Notes under the pieces: model-generated
What the model was told of the DNA's origin: nothing
Databases searched by the model: none
The model's input: only the letters and a program-made list of their open reading frames with translations
NCBI GenBank assembly: GCA_951406725.2
Contig: OX597823.1
Span: 89,838,001 to 89,902,000, forward strand
DNA: 64,000 nucleotides
Origin: Octopus vulgaris
Taxonomy: Eukaryota
Reading direction: 5' to 3'
Shown here: one piece after another, positions 11,915-24,561 of the stretch
Layout: each line of letters begins with the position of its first letter
Position numbering within the stretch: position 1 is the stretch's first letter
Position numbers and translations under genes: made by a program

Positions 11915-12978
11915 CTTTCAAACGCAATATAAAAACAACCTAGCTTTAGCTGTCTCGAGACATTATTTCTCATAAAAAGGATGATCTTTTGAGTCAAAAA
12001 TAGTCTGAGATAAATATGATGGTTGGAACACAGATTTACAAAAGACTCAGTACCTGTTTAAACGTAGGTTCATGTATATTATATATTATATTCAAAGGTT
12101 TTCATCTGCCAGTTGTTAAACCATCTTTATTTTCTAATGATTTAGCTTGTTTACAGAAGAAAGGAGTTATATATTTTTCTCATTCTAAGGACAGGAAATA
12201 TTGATTTTTAATTGCCATTCTGTCCTCTCTCTTTGACAAGCAAATAGGAGAGGCTCTTGTCTTTATTTGGTCACCCGACCTGCTAAAAGTAGCAGTTAGC
12301 CTTTCCCCCTATTCCAAGCCTCTTGGCGGTCGATGAATTAAGATGTGTCCCAACAAGGCTCCAGACTCGAAGGGCAAACCAGACTCCGCGGGCGGTGAAG
12401 ACTGTTTTAACCATGGTGATTTAATCTGACTCTGCTGCCTTCCTAACCCAGTGATGAAGTATCTCTTTTTGTGAAATAATAAACTATTATTGTTATTTGC
12501 TCTGCTATTCAAGCTCCTGCCATTTTATTCCTTTCTACAACATTGTAGGGAAATGTGTGAGGCACGCTACAAGTGCAGATATCACACAGAGATAGATAAC
12601 AGAAATCCTACAATGTCAACTGCTTAAAACTGCCCCTAGTCCTGTGACACAAACATCCTGTTTTAAAGTGAACCAAAATACAATCTCATGTTATTTTATG
12701 TTCCAAACACCAGATTAATATGGTTCTATGCTACAAACGTTTCAGTTTTAAGATGATCTAAATTAAGACCGTTCATCAAAATTCCATGTTAATTCATGTT
12801 CCAAATATCAGATCAATAATGACAGTTATTTTACCAAATTCCTCATCATTTCCAAAATTTATTGAAATAAAAGCAGTATATTTCAACAGAAATATAACAA
12901 AAGAATTAATGTTTAAATGATTACAAACTATTTATTGAAAATGTATAACTCTTCCACGAAGCATAAGAAATATTTTAC

Positions 12979-13092
12979 CTGAGTGTCAGAGAAGAGAAAC
13001 ACAGCATGGTTATCTGTTTCAGTTGATTTCCTGAGTATAACTTTCAGGTCTTCTCGCCATTCATTCTGCGTGTAACTTTTGGTAATCTCTAC
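12979..13092 (-). CDS. DNAH7: Dynein heavy chain exon (AAA4)
   Basis: AG/GT; VEITKSYTQNEWREDLKVILRKSTETDNHAVFLFSDTQ. Confidence 0.93.
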
Positions 13093-13354
13093 CTAAATAC
13101 AGACAATTAAATCATTTCCTCTCAGGTTAATTACATGCTCAAACATTCAGCATCAGCAGAAAAAAGAAAACAGATTAAGATATTCATCAAATTATAATTA
13201 ATCAATAATTTAAATTGATGCAAGTATGATGGTATTCTCGAGAAGTTCGTTTCCCAAACATGATTTCAAGTCCAATCTTGGGCAAGTGTCTTCCACTAAT
13301 ATCCTTGTGAGTGGATTTGGTAAATAGAAATTGAAAGAAGCCTGTGGTATATTA

Positions 13355-13678
13355 CATGTGGCATGTAAAAGGGCACCATTCGAGCGTGATCGTTACCAAA
13401 GTCACCTTACTGGCACCTGTGCCGGTGGCATGTGTAAAAAGATTCGAGCGAGGTCATTGCCAGTACTGCCTAACTGGCCCCCATGCCGGTGGCACATAAA
13501 AAGCACCCACTACACTCTCGGAGTGGTTGGCATTAGGAAGGGCATCCAGCAGTAGAAATTCTGCCAGATCAAGACTGGAGCCTGGTGCAGCCATCTGGTT
13601 CGCCAGCCCTCAGCCAAAATCGTCCAACCCATGCTAGCATGGAAAGCGGACGTTAAACGATGATGATGATGATGATGA
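13355..13678 (+). mobile_element. Retroposon family C with (GAT)n tail and internal tandem units
   Basis: Ends GGACGTTAAACGATGATGATG; copies at ~3316, 14860-15190, 19475-19635, 25930-26250, 42935, 43160, 46840, 47973, 48538. Confidence 0.8.
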
Positions 13679-14525
13679 TATCCCTATTTAATGTCATGCT
13701 TGCATGGGTCAGATGGATTTTGTTGAGGCAGAGTTTTTACTTCCAAATGTCCTTCCTGTTACCAATCCTAATCTGTTTCCAAACAAGGTAATATTTCAGC
13801 ATTGCCAGACACGATTTTTAGGGAAGACTCAAAATTAACAACATCATTTGTATGACAGTGGTACTCATTTATAAGCTCCACCAGCCATGAAATTAAAACT
13901 TTGTAGATAAACCTAAGAGCTTTTGGCAGCCTGGGATGAGGACTAAACCAACTAGTTTCATCTTAGGAATTTACCAAAAACAATTAACATCTTTTATCTT
14001 TTACTTGTTTCAGTCATTTGACTATGGCCATGTTGGAGCACTGCCTTGGAGGGTCTTAGCTGAACAAATCAACCCCAAGACTGATTTTTTAAAGCCTAGT
14101 AATTATTCTATTGGTCTTTTTTGCCAAACTGTTAGCTTACAGACGCATAAACAAACCAACACTGTCATCAATTAGTGGTGGTGGTGGTGGGGGGGACAAA
14201 CATGTTCACAAAGACACACACGATTGCTTTCCAACCACATGGTTTCAGGTTCAGTCCCACTGGGTGACACTTTGGGCAAGTTTCTTCTACTATATCCTCA
14301 GACCAACCAAAGCCTTGTGAGCGGATTTGGTAGACAGAAACTAAAAGAAGCCTGTTTACACACACACTGTGTGTGTAAACAGGCTTCTTTTAGTTTCTGT
14401 CTAGAAAGTTGACAACAGCAGCAATATAGTCCAGGGTTTGAAAAGAAATTCAGAATTAGCAACATTAAAAATCATTCAGCATTGTTTGATATTCAAAGAA
14501 AACATCAACAAGTAAGTTTACATAC

Positions 14526-14667
14526 CTGATGTAAATCATAATCGGCCATATGAGCAGCTAATCTGGTGAGAGACTGTCGACCAGATCCACCGACACCAAC
14601 TAACATGGCATGACTTCTGGGCTGCTTTAAGATTCTAGAAATCTTTGAAACATGTTCAACAGCAAAT
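14526..14667 (-). CDS. DNAH7: Dynein heavy chain exon (AAA4 P-loop)
   Basis: AG/GT; [47 protein letters not shown]. Confidence 0.95.
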
Positions 14668-15660
14668 CTACAATAAAACATTTAAATAAAATATTAAAAC
14701 ATAAATATTAAAGTAAATATTGGTTTCAAATCTTTTGCACTTCTAGTCTTCTCTACCTTGCTTGGAATTGGGGAGGATTGGTGACAGGAAGACCATCTGG
14801 TTATAGAAAATCTGCTTCAACAAATTTCATCTCACCCATGCAAGCATGGAAATTGGAATTACTGGCACTTGTGCTGGTGGCACGTGAAAAAACATTCGAG
14901 CGAGGTCGTTGCCAGTGCCGCTGAACTGGCTCCTGTGCAGGTGGCACGTAGAAAACATCATTTGAGCATGGGCGTTGCCAGTACCGCCTGACTGGCCCTT
15001 GTGCCAGTGGCACGTAAAAGCACCCACTATACTCTTGGAGTGGTTGACATTAGGAAGGGCATCCAGCTGTAGAAACTCTGCCAGATCAGATTGGAGCATG
15101 GTGCAGCCATCTGCTTTGCCAGACCTCAGTCAAATCGTCCAGCCCATGCTAGCATGGAGAGCGGACGTTAAACAATGATGATGATGATGAAGAGTGTTTT
15201 GTCACTAAGGATTGTCACACATGGATTTTACAAAAATGATTGCACAAATGTCATGCATCAAGGAACCAGACACCTGATTACATCATCATTGAGGTTTTGC
15301 CATGATTCTATGGACCAGATGAGGGAGTATTGATAGCATAGCAAATAATATTTACTCATTTAATTAAATTATAATTTGAATGGAGGCAATACAAATGGAA
15401 AACTAGAGGAACATGACCTATTATCCAATAGAGTATTCAGTATATATGTGTACTTTCTTCGACATTAATAAATCAATATAAAGTTCGAAATAATTAACAA
15501 TTGATCTCACAAACATCAATAACAAAGTAACATGATTATTTTATTCTTAGGTATCAAATACAATCAGTCATTTAACCTACTAAGAATAAATTTCTAGTAT
15601 TTAATCTGTTTTCCCATTTTCCTGAAGAAAGCGTTACAGCATGGCTATGATGGCTGAATA

Positions 15661-16964
15661 CAAAGTGCATTCCAGACATTTTGAGACTCGTTTAAGAGAC
15701 ACAGTTATAATTCCCTTTGATTGTTCTAACTTTAATACTATACAGCTAATAACCTGACCTGCCAATGTTTTTTTTTTTCCAGATTGAAGATGGCTGTAAC
15801 ATCACTTTGAACACACCAAACACTGCTTGTCACAGCTGACTAATTTGCAGAATGCAGTTGGGATGTTTGGAAGCTTGTTATGCAATAAAGTTTCATGTTA
15901 AACCAGGCAAAGATGTTACAGAAACTTCTGACATGCTCCAGACTACTCATGGATTAACATATATGGAGCTGAGCATGTTTTTCATTGGCACAAAAGGTTC
16001 AAGGATGGTAGAGAGAGAGGTTAGAGACAATGAGAGGTGTGGGAGGGAGAGGCATGTCAGAACTTTCTGAATTGGTTAAGAAAATTCACAATTGTCTGGA
16101 TGAAGATTGTCTGTGTGCCTATAAAGACTATAAGTATAGTTTGGAGTTGGCGTGGCAACTGTACACAGAAATATTCATGAAGATCTGAACATGTGCAACA
16201 TTTGTGCAAAGTTTGTTCTGAGGGAGCTCAATGATGAGCTGAAAGAAAGTTGCATTGGTGACAGAAGGGAGTTTGCTGAGCTCATTATCTCCAATTCAAG
16301 GGTACTTGAGTCTCTAGTGACCAATAATAAAAGCTGGAACTACTGTTGTGATCCAGAATCCAAGAAATGGAAGCATTCTGGCTCTTCCAGACCCATGAAG
16401 GCCAGGCAAAGCAAGTCAACTTGGAAGCTCGTAATGATACCATTTTTCAACAGCAACGGCATCATCTATATCTACTGGGTCCCCTCTGACCAGAAGGTCA
16501 ACAAAGAGTACTTTGTGGAGATTGTGAGGGAGTTCAGGAAGAGATTTCGTTACAAAAGGCCAGAGCCCTTCCATTCAGGTCAGTGGCAACTGCACTGGAC
16601 AGTGCATCAGTCCACAATTCCATCCTGTTAACCAACTACTTGACAGAGATGGGTATCAAAATTGTTTTTCATCCTCCCTACAGTCCAAACCTTGCTCCTT
16701 GCAGTTTTGGTTGTTTCCCCAAGCTGAAGGAAAAACTCAGAGGCAGTAATTTTGAAGACAGTGAGAAGATGCCGGTGGCTGTGACAATGATCTGGGACAC
16801 CTTCACCTTGGAGGACGTCTACAGGATCTTCACAAAGTAGCTGGAGCACTACAACAATGCATTGAAGTCAGAGGGTCCTCCTTTGAAGGACATTAGAATT
16901 TTTAACTTTGAAATTAATAAATGTCTCTCCTGTAAAGGTCTCTAAACATCTGGAATACACTTTG
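15661..16964 (+). mobile_element. Full-length degenerate mariner transposon
   Basis: TA TSDs at 15659-60 and 16965-66; TIRs CAAAGTG(C/T)ATTCCAGA..; frameshifted transposase with HPPYSPNLAP motif; 1304 bp. Confidence 0.9.
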
Positions 16965-17076
16965 TAATATAAAGCACCAGTCAAATACCAGATTCATTTC
17001 TATTCCTTCAATGTATCCCAGATAAGAATGAAATTTATTGTATAAAAAAGAAGACAAGGGTGTTAACTGAACAAAC

Positions 17077-17393
17077 CTGAAGAGAACCAGATTCATTGGT
17101 TTCTTGCTCATGTTATTGTACTCATCAAGTAAACCTTCAGTTATTTTACGCAGCAACTCTAAATCCGGTGCTTCTATATAATGCTTATTGTCATTTTTGG
17201 GGTCACTAAAGTCACAATAGATTAAGCTTCGCATATCTTCATCAGTGACATTATTATCTTCATCAGAGTCCAAATGGCTAAACAGTTCATGGAAATTAAC
17301 TTCTAGCTCTTCATTACAGACACTTTGTATGCATTCATACATCCAGTTGTGATCTTCTGCGTCAACTAGACGATCATAGTATACTCTATACAC
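17077..17393 (-). CDS. DNAH7: Dynein heavy chain exon (AAA3-AAA4 junction)
   Basis: AG/GT; VYRVYYDRLVDAED...YNNMSKKPMNLVLFR. Confidence 0.95.
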
Positions 17394-17500
17394 CTAGAAG
17401 TGAATGGAATAAAAAGAAAGCTCAGATGGAAGTAAATTTCTTTTAACAAGACATATATTTGAAACAGTGAAAGGGATAAGGAATTTTCACCTGGTGTATA

Positions 17501-18395
17501 CAGGGTAGGTGGAAAGTAACTGGGCATCAGAAATTGCTTATAGAATTTTTAGTATCACTGAAATCATGATGAAAACAGTTTTTAAACAAACAACACTAAT
17601 GAGGATTTCTAATTTTCTTATTGCCTTATTTCTTATTTTCCAAATGGCCAGTTGCTTGACTGTTCAGGAGCGAGCTAAGATAGCAGCATGCTATGAAGTG
17701 TGGAATTCCATTGTTTGGGTACAATGATGGTAGCATGCATGGAAAGGTAAGCATGCAACACTATGCCCAGAGACAATAAAAAGTTGATATGCAAAGCTGA
17801 TGACCACGGGCTCTGTAAATGATGCAAGAAATGACTGTCCAACCACATCCCAATCAACAGTATGTGGCAACAGTGCAGGAAATGTTTAATTGCAGCCTGC
17901 AAAAATCAACACATCAAGCAGCTCATGAAAGTGAACTAACAAGACACACAATACGTATGGTGTTGCATAAAGAATTGAATTTTCATCCTTGGAAACCCCA
18001 TTACGAGCAGGAGGTAAAACCTGAAGACTGTGACCACAGAAACCCAGAAGTCCAGAACTCCAAGAAGTTCAGATCTCACTCCATCTGATTTTTACCTGTG
18101 GGGTTACACAAAAGATGTGTACAAGACAAAACCTCGCACACTGGAGGACTTGGGGACATGGATTCAGGAGGTTCTCGATGATATCCCAGACAACATCCTT
18201 CATAAGGTTGTTCACTCCATCCCTGGCCATTTGAGGAAACTGGTTGATGCCACCGGTGCTTACATTGAAATATGAAGAGCTACTTTCATTTTCCCATGTA
18301 GTAAAGAACATGTATCATCTGTTTCAATAAATTTGTAAACAGAATATGGATTTTATTATTAATTTTTAATGCTTACTTACTTATCAACCTCCCTG
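17501..18395 (+). mobile_element. Internally deleted Tc1/mariner-superfamily transposon
   Basis: Degenerate TIRs CAGGGTAGGTGGAAAGTAA / CAGGGAGGTTGATAAGTAA; peptide PRSSDLTPSDFYLWGY..VY..KPRTLEDL. Confidence 0.8.
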
Positions 18396-18715
18396 TTGAT
18401 GCAGGTATGGCTGTATGGTTAAGAAGTTTGCTTCCCAACCACACAGTTGAGGGTTCAGTCCCACTGCATGGCACCAGGTCAATTGTCTTCTAATATAGCT
18501 CTGGGCCAAAGCATATAAATAACCAAGATCAGAACATTGCCCCGGAACAGGATGCCAGTCCACTGCAGGGTTACTTATTTACAGCTCAAGAACATAATGC
18601 ATCACTTGGTCCATGTATGCAAACCATGATCTTGCAATTGTGAGTGTAACACCCTGTACACTGGGCCACACACTTTCACTTTGGTCAATGAGAACAGAAA
18701 AAAGCCCATCATATA

Positions 18716-18795
<80 letters not shown>

Positions 18796-19869
18796 TATGT
18801 GTGTGTGTGTGTGTGTGCACGATTAAGTCAACTTGAGGGTATGAAAGAAGACTTTTGCCTAAGGTTCTGTAAAGTGGAATCAAACATGGAACCATGTCTG
18901 CAAGCTGAAAACTTACTACAGAGAAGGGGGAGAGGGGGAGGGAAGGAGAGGGAGGGAGAGGGAGGGGAGGGAAGGAGAGAGAGAGAGAGAGAGAGAAAGA
19001 TAAGTGACAATAAAACTGACAAGATCATTATAGGTGAATACTTCTAAGTTTAAAACTTCCAGTGGTGGAGATCCAAGAAGGAAGGATGAGATATTGCAAT
19101 GAGTGCACAAAGAAACAAGGACTTCTAAAATTCTAGAAAATGTAATCATGAATTTGGGGGAATTTTAGGAAAATAACATTAAAAGCACATGGGAAACTTG
19201 ACTGGTGACTGTTGGTGCTGCCACCAACAGATGTTTTTGGAGTAAGAGAGAGAGAAGAAGAGAAGACATAGACAGATAGACAGAGAGAGAGGAGGGAGGG
19301 AAAGAGAGAGAAAGAGAGTTTACTTAGAAATAAAAGAGGTGAAGTTTCCTTTTAAGGGGAGAGACCCGTTTCAGAATTTATATTTCTTTTATGATGGAAA
19401 TTTAAAATCATATAAAAAACAAAACAAAACAACAACAACAACAACAGCCACCACCACCACCACCACCACCACCACCATCATCATCGTTTAACGTCCGCTT
19501 CCCATGCTAGCATGGGTTGGACGGTTTGATTGAGGGCTGGCGAACCAGATGGTTGCACCAGGCTCCAGTCTTGATCTGGCTGAGTTTCTACAGCTGGATG
19601 CCCTTCCTAACGCCAACCACTCCTTGAGTGTAGAGGGTTGTACTTTTTAAAATTTGGAGAACCAGAAAGAATCTGAAGTGAGTTGGCATCAAAAGGGTGG
19701 AATCTGTCTCAACCAATTTGCCTGTTGTTTGATGCAGTAGTTTTGGAAACTATAATCACTGGCAACCTCTTGTGAGAACAATGCTGGAGGAATTTCATAT
19801 CGAAGTTGATAATTCCAAGGCGATAGATATCTTCAGGTTCTTAACCCTACATATGTTCATCTTAAATAT

Positions 19870-20245
19870 TTACTCTTTATTTGTTTCAGTTATTTGACTG
19901 CAGCCATGCTGGAGCACCGCCTTTAATCGAGCAAATCGACCTCAGGACTTATTTTTTGTAAGCCTGGTACTTATTCTATCAGTCTCTTTTGCTGAACCAC
20001 CAAGTTATGGGGACGTAAACCCACCAACATTGGTTGTCAAGCAATGTTGGGGGGACAAACACACACACACACACATATACATATATAAGACGGGCTTCTT
20101 TCAGTTTCCATCTACCAAATCCACTCACAAGGCTTTGGTCGGTCCAAGGCTATAGTAGAAGACACTTGCCCAAGGTACCACGCAGTGTGACTGAACCTGG
20201 AACCATGTGGTTGGTAAGCAAGCTAGTTACCAAACGGCCACTCCT
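19870..20245 (-). mobile_element. SINE family B
   Basis: Reverse-complement match to the family B copies. Confidence 0.82.
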
Positions 20246-20539
20246 GATATCTACACTTGTTTTCATATTTTTTCGTTAGCCTTTGTTTCATACGTTCTGA
20301 GTAATCTAAACCTTTCTTTTTCTTAAGTTCCAAATTACTCAGGTGGTTGAAAAAACTTAGGGATGTGTATCATTTATAATGCATGGATGTCAGGGAAATA
20401 CGCTCCATGAATCCATGAATCACATGTGTATTACACAGGACAGACAAAGGGTTAAATTGATGAACAACAAAAGCAGAATGAAGCATGAAAATGTAGGGAG
20501 AATATAATAATACTGATAATTGATGATTGAAATGTCTAC

Positions 20540-20756
20540 CTCATGAACCCAAAGCCTCTTGACAGAGTCTGGCACTTCAGTAGTTTCAGGGACAGAGAGT
20601 AACACACCACCAATGACTCGGCTGAAATCTCTCAAATTGAATAAATAATGAGATTTAGTTGGTGTGGGAAGTAGGTTCACCATGGCTTCTTTGTAAACTC
20701 TAAGAGTGGCCAAAACTATTTGATCCACACATGGCTTGAAATCTTCACTGAAATTA
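20540..20756 (-). CDS. DNAH7: Dynein heavy chain exon (AAA3 lid)
   Basis: AG/GT; ...[26 protein letters not shown]...RLWVHE. Confidence 0.95.
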
Positions 20757-22678
20757 CTGCAAAAACAAAAAAGAATTAATTGATTAATTATTTAAGCATA
20801 CAAATGACAGTTGAAGGCCCTTTCATCTTATCCTATATATATTTTCATGTTGGCGTATATTAATTTCTAATATAGTCTAAATAAGCATAGGTGAAGGCAC
20901 ATGGCCTAGAGGTTAGGGTGTTTCACATGATTACAACATCACTCATTGGTAGTGCATTGTGTTCTTGAGCAAAACACTTCATTTCATTTTGTTCCAATTC
21001 ACTCAGCAGTAAATAAGTAACTCTGTGACAGACTGGTGTTCCATTCAGCAGGGATTGTTGCATTCTCAGTCACTTATATGCAATAGAAACCAGCCGTATG
21101 TGTCCTAAGACTAAAGACAGTAATGTCGAGGGGTTGATAATGAGGACAATAAGCATAAGCATCGTGTTAGGAGGAAATAAAACTAGCAGAGTTATGGCCA
21201 TTGCCAAGCACACAACATGACGATGCCTACAAGAATAGCTATTGTAAGGTTTGATAACATAACCATGTGGTCAGTCGTAGAACTGTTCTAACAAATATTC
21301 TTTTCTACTCTAGGCACAACGCCTGAAAATTTGGGGGAGGAGGCCAGTCGATTAGATCAATCTCAGTATGCACAGGTACTTAATTTATCAACCCCAAAAG
21401 GATGAAAGGCAAAGTCGACTGTGGCAGAATTTGAATTCAGAACGTAAAGTTCTACCAAGGTCGACTTTGCCTTTCATCCTTTCTACTGTGTCTAATAAAA
21501 GACACTACTTCATTTGAGAAACATAATCATGCTTGCCAAGGTAATCATGGTCACAACATCACATGCATGACCTAAACATGTCCAGAATTATTGTCATAGT
21601 AACCATAGATCAGAGTCATTCTCATCACCTTCTTGTTTGAACATCATTTAAATTTCAGACTTCTCTCCCTTGCCTCTTTTGAAAAGAACTATCACTGATA
21701 CTGATAACTTCCCTTCTCATTAAGGTTATAGTTTCAATTGATATAAATCCTTTTTTATTAACTGCTTTTCAGTATGTTAGCCCACACTTAACTTTATGAT
21801 ATTATGCAGAAGGCACCTCTGGAAATTTTCCACTATATTAGATTGAATTTGCTATGTTATCTTAAAGTTAAATACAAGAATTTGAGGATACTGGTGATGG
21901 TCTGTAATCAGAAAATCAGATTAGAATTATTCTTAATTGTGGACAGGTGCAGGCCTGACTCTGTGGCTAAAAAGTTCACTTCCCAATCACATGGTTTCAG
22001 GTTTAGTCCCACTGTGTGAACCAAGCGTCTTCTGCTACAGCCCCAGACTGACAAAAGCTTTGAGTGGATTTAGTAGACTACTATGTACAAAAGACGTGTG
22101 CATCCTTTCCATTTCCTAATCTCCACTCACAAGACAATGACAGAAGATACTTGACCAATTGCCATGCAGTGAGATCAAAGATAGAACCATGTGATTGCAA
22201 AACAAGCTTCTTACTTACAAAACCATGTCCATCTCTGTCAGGAGAAGGAAATTCTAATGATTCAGGTGAGGAGAAAGATGTACTCGAGAGGTACATAGTC
22301 ATTGATAAAGTCACAGACTGTGAGGAAATGACTTTGGCAGGCTAACTGATTAACCAGTTGATCAAGTAATTAATTACTTAATTGATTAGTAATAAAACTG
22401 AAGAGAAGAATAACCAGTGTATGTGCTTTTCTTGGCAGTATAAATCTCCCAAAGCACAACAATTTCAGGTATTCTGAATCTATTGCCAGATTTCTCATCA
22501 CTACCTAGCCCCACTATAGTGCTGTTTCTTGCTGCCATATCCCATAAGTCCTAGTTTCTTTCTTCATTTGTTTCCCCCAACAACTTGTCTTAAAACCCAG
22601 CAAGATTGTCAAGGACAATGCCTTTCCCCATCTCCAGAAAAGAACTATATTGAACTTCACATGTTACGAAAATCTTAC

Positions 22679-22805
22679 TTTGTGGTAAAATGCCAATCCA
22701 CAATTCTTGTAAAGATCATGCACATTGTCTCATCACTGAACTCATTAATTGTTATGGTATTGAAATGACGAAGAAATCGTGGTGTTACTGGGTTCCGTCC
22801 ACCAC
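22679..22805 (-). CDS. DNAH7: Dynein heavy chain exon (AAA3)
   Basis: AG/GT; [42 protein letters not shown]; absent from the ORF track. Confidence 0.93.
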
Positions 22806-22900
22806 CTATAAAATGAAAAGAAAATGGAGAAGAAAAGATAAAAGGTTTAAATTATATATATGTATTTATAATTATATATATATATTTATAATTATATTTT

Positions 22901-23133
22901 GTTGTGTCTGGGGAGAGTCACCGGTAAAATTTCCACTTTTTTCTTGTTTATTTTCCTAAAATTTTTGTTGCATCTTGCAAACTTTTCAATAGCATTGAGT
23001 CAAAACTATTGAAAAGGTTGCAAGACGCAACGAAAATTTTAGGAAAATAAACATAAGAAAAATGTGGAAATTTTACAGGTGAGTGTGTTATATTATAAGG
23101 CATAAAAATAAAATGACTCTCCCCAGACACAAC
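22901..23133. repeat. Imperfect inverted repeat (fold-back)
   Basis: 22901-22992 is the reverse complement of 23006-23133 apart from one gap. Confidence 0.85.
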
Positions 23134-23410
23134 GGAATATGCTTCAACACACGAACTCATATAAAGAATCTTGCAAACCAAATCCCAAAACGAAATATTT
23201 ATAATTATATATACTACAAAATTAGAGAATGGAGAAACATACTTAAATCAGTAAAACATCAACTATCCGATGATACTCAATCCATACTTTAATACACCAT
23301 TACATATGAGTAAAGGCAATATATAAAATGAAATGAGATATACAGTAATAGTAAAAGTAAAAAGATAAAGAGATATAAGTAAAATTTCAAATATAATATG
23401 CAAATAAATC

Positions 23411-23528
23411 AAAACTGACAGCTGTTTCGGCAGTGAGGACAGTCATACCTCATTTAACCTATAAGCCATAAAGGCAGGTATAAATGAGGCATTAACAAGG
23501 ATGTACCCCACGGCCTCTTCAGAGAATT
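23411..23528 (-). ncRNA. Type I hammerhead ribozyme motif (left arm of palindrome)
   Basis: Mirror image of 24446-24561. Confidence 0.7.
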
Positions 23529-23863
23529 AAATTAAATTTGTTATAATAGTGAAAAATATTATATAATCATATACATATAAATATAAAAATATAAAAATGT
23601 AAAATATAAAAACTTATACATCATAATGCTACACTTATATAATATAATACACATTTGTACAAAAAGGAAGGTAAACAGAACAATATAAAACAAAATATAT
23701 AACAGTGTATATATTAATATTAATAAGTACCGATATTATACATATTTGGCTAATAGTTTTTTTTATAAAAAAAGGGCTAACACATATGGAGATGAAAAAT
23801 AATAATTAAATCCGTGGTACAGTTCATAAAATTCTAAAGCTATAAAAGTTAATAAAAATTACT

Positions 23864-23913
<50 letters not shown>

Positions 23914-24066
23914 TAATAATAATAAAAATACTAAAAATAGATACAGTTAAGTTAGCACCAAGTCCATCCTTTCAAGATCGAAATAACTATAGTTATTTCG
24001 ATCTTGAAAGGATGGACTTGGTGCTAACTTAACTGTATCTATTTTTAGTATTTTTTATTATTATTA

Positions 24067-24110
<44 letters not shown>

Positions 24111-24445
24111 AGTAATTTTTATTAACTTTTATAGCTTTAGAATTTTATGAACTGTACCACGGATTTAATTATTATTTTTCATCTCCATATGTGTTAGCCC
24201 TTTTTTTTATAAAAAAACTATTAGCCAAATATGTATAATATCGGTACTTATTAATATTAATATATACACTGTTATATATTTTGTTTTATATTGTTCTGTT
24301 TACCTTCCTTTTTGTACAAATGTGTATTATATTATATAAGTGTAGCATTATGATGTATAAGTTTTTATATTTTACATTTTTATATTTTTATATTTATATG
24401 TATATGATTATATAATATTTTTCACTATTATAACAAATTTAATTT

Positions 24446-24561
24446 AATTCTCTGAAGAGGCCGTGGGGCATCCTTGTTAATGCCTCATTTATACCTGCCT
24501 TTATGGCTTATAGGTTAAATGAGGTATGACTGTCCTCACTGCCGAAACAGCTGTCAGTTTT
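24446..24561 (+). ncRNA. Type I hammerhead ribozyme motif
   Basis: CTGAAGA (24452-58), long stem II GGC..ATGCCTCATTTA..TAAATGAGGTAT..GCC, GAAAC-AGCT-GTC with palindromic stem III; stem I weak. Confidence 0.72.

Noticed and set aside
14526-14667. AAA4 P-loop GSGRQ lacking the Walker A lysine
   Set aside because: As I recall, this is the normal motif in DNAH7-group dyneins, not a lesion
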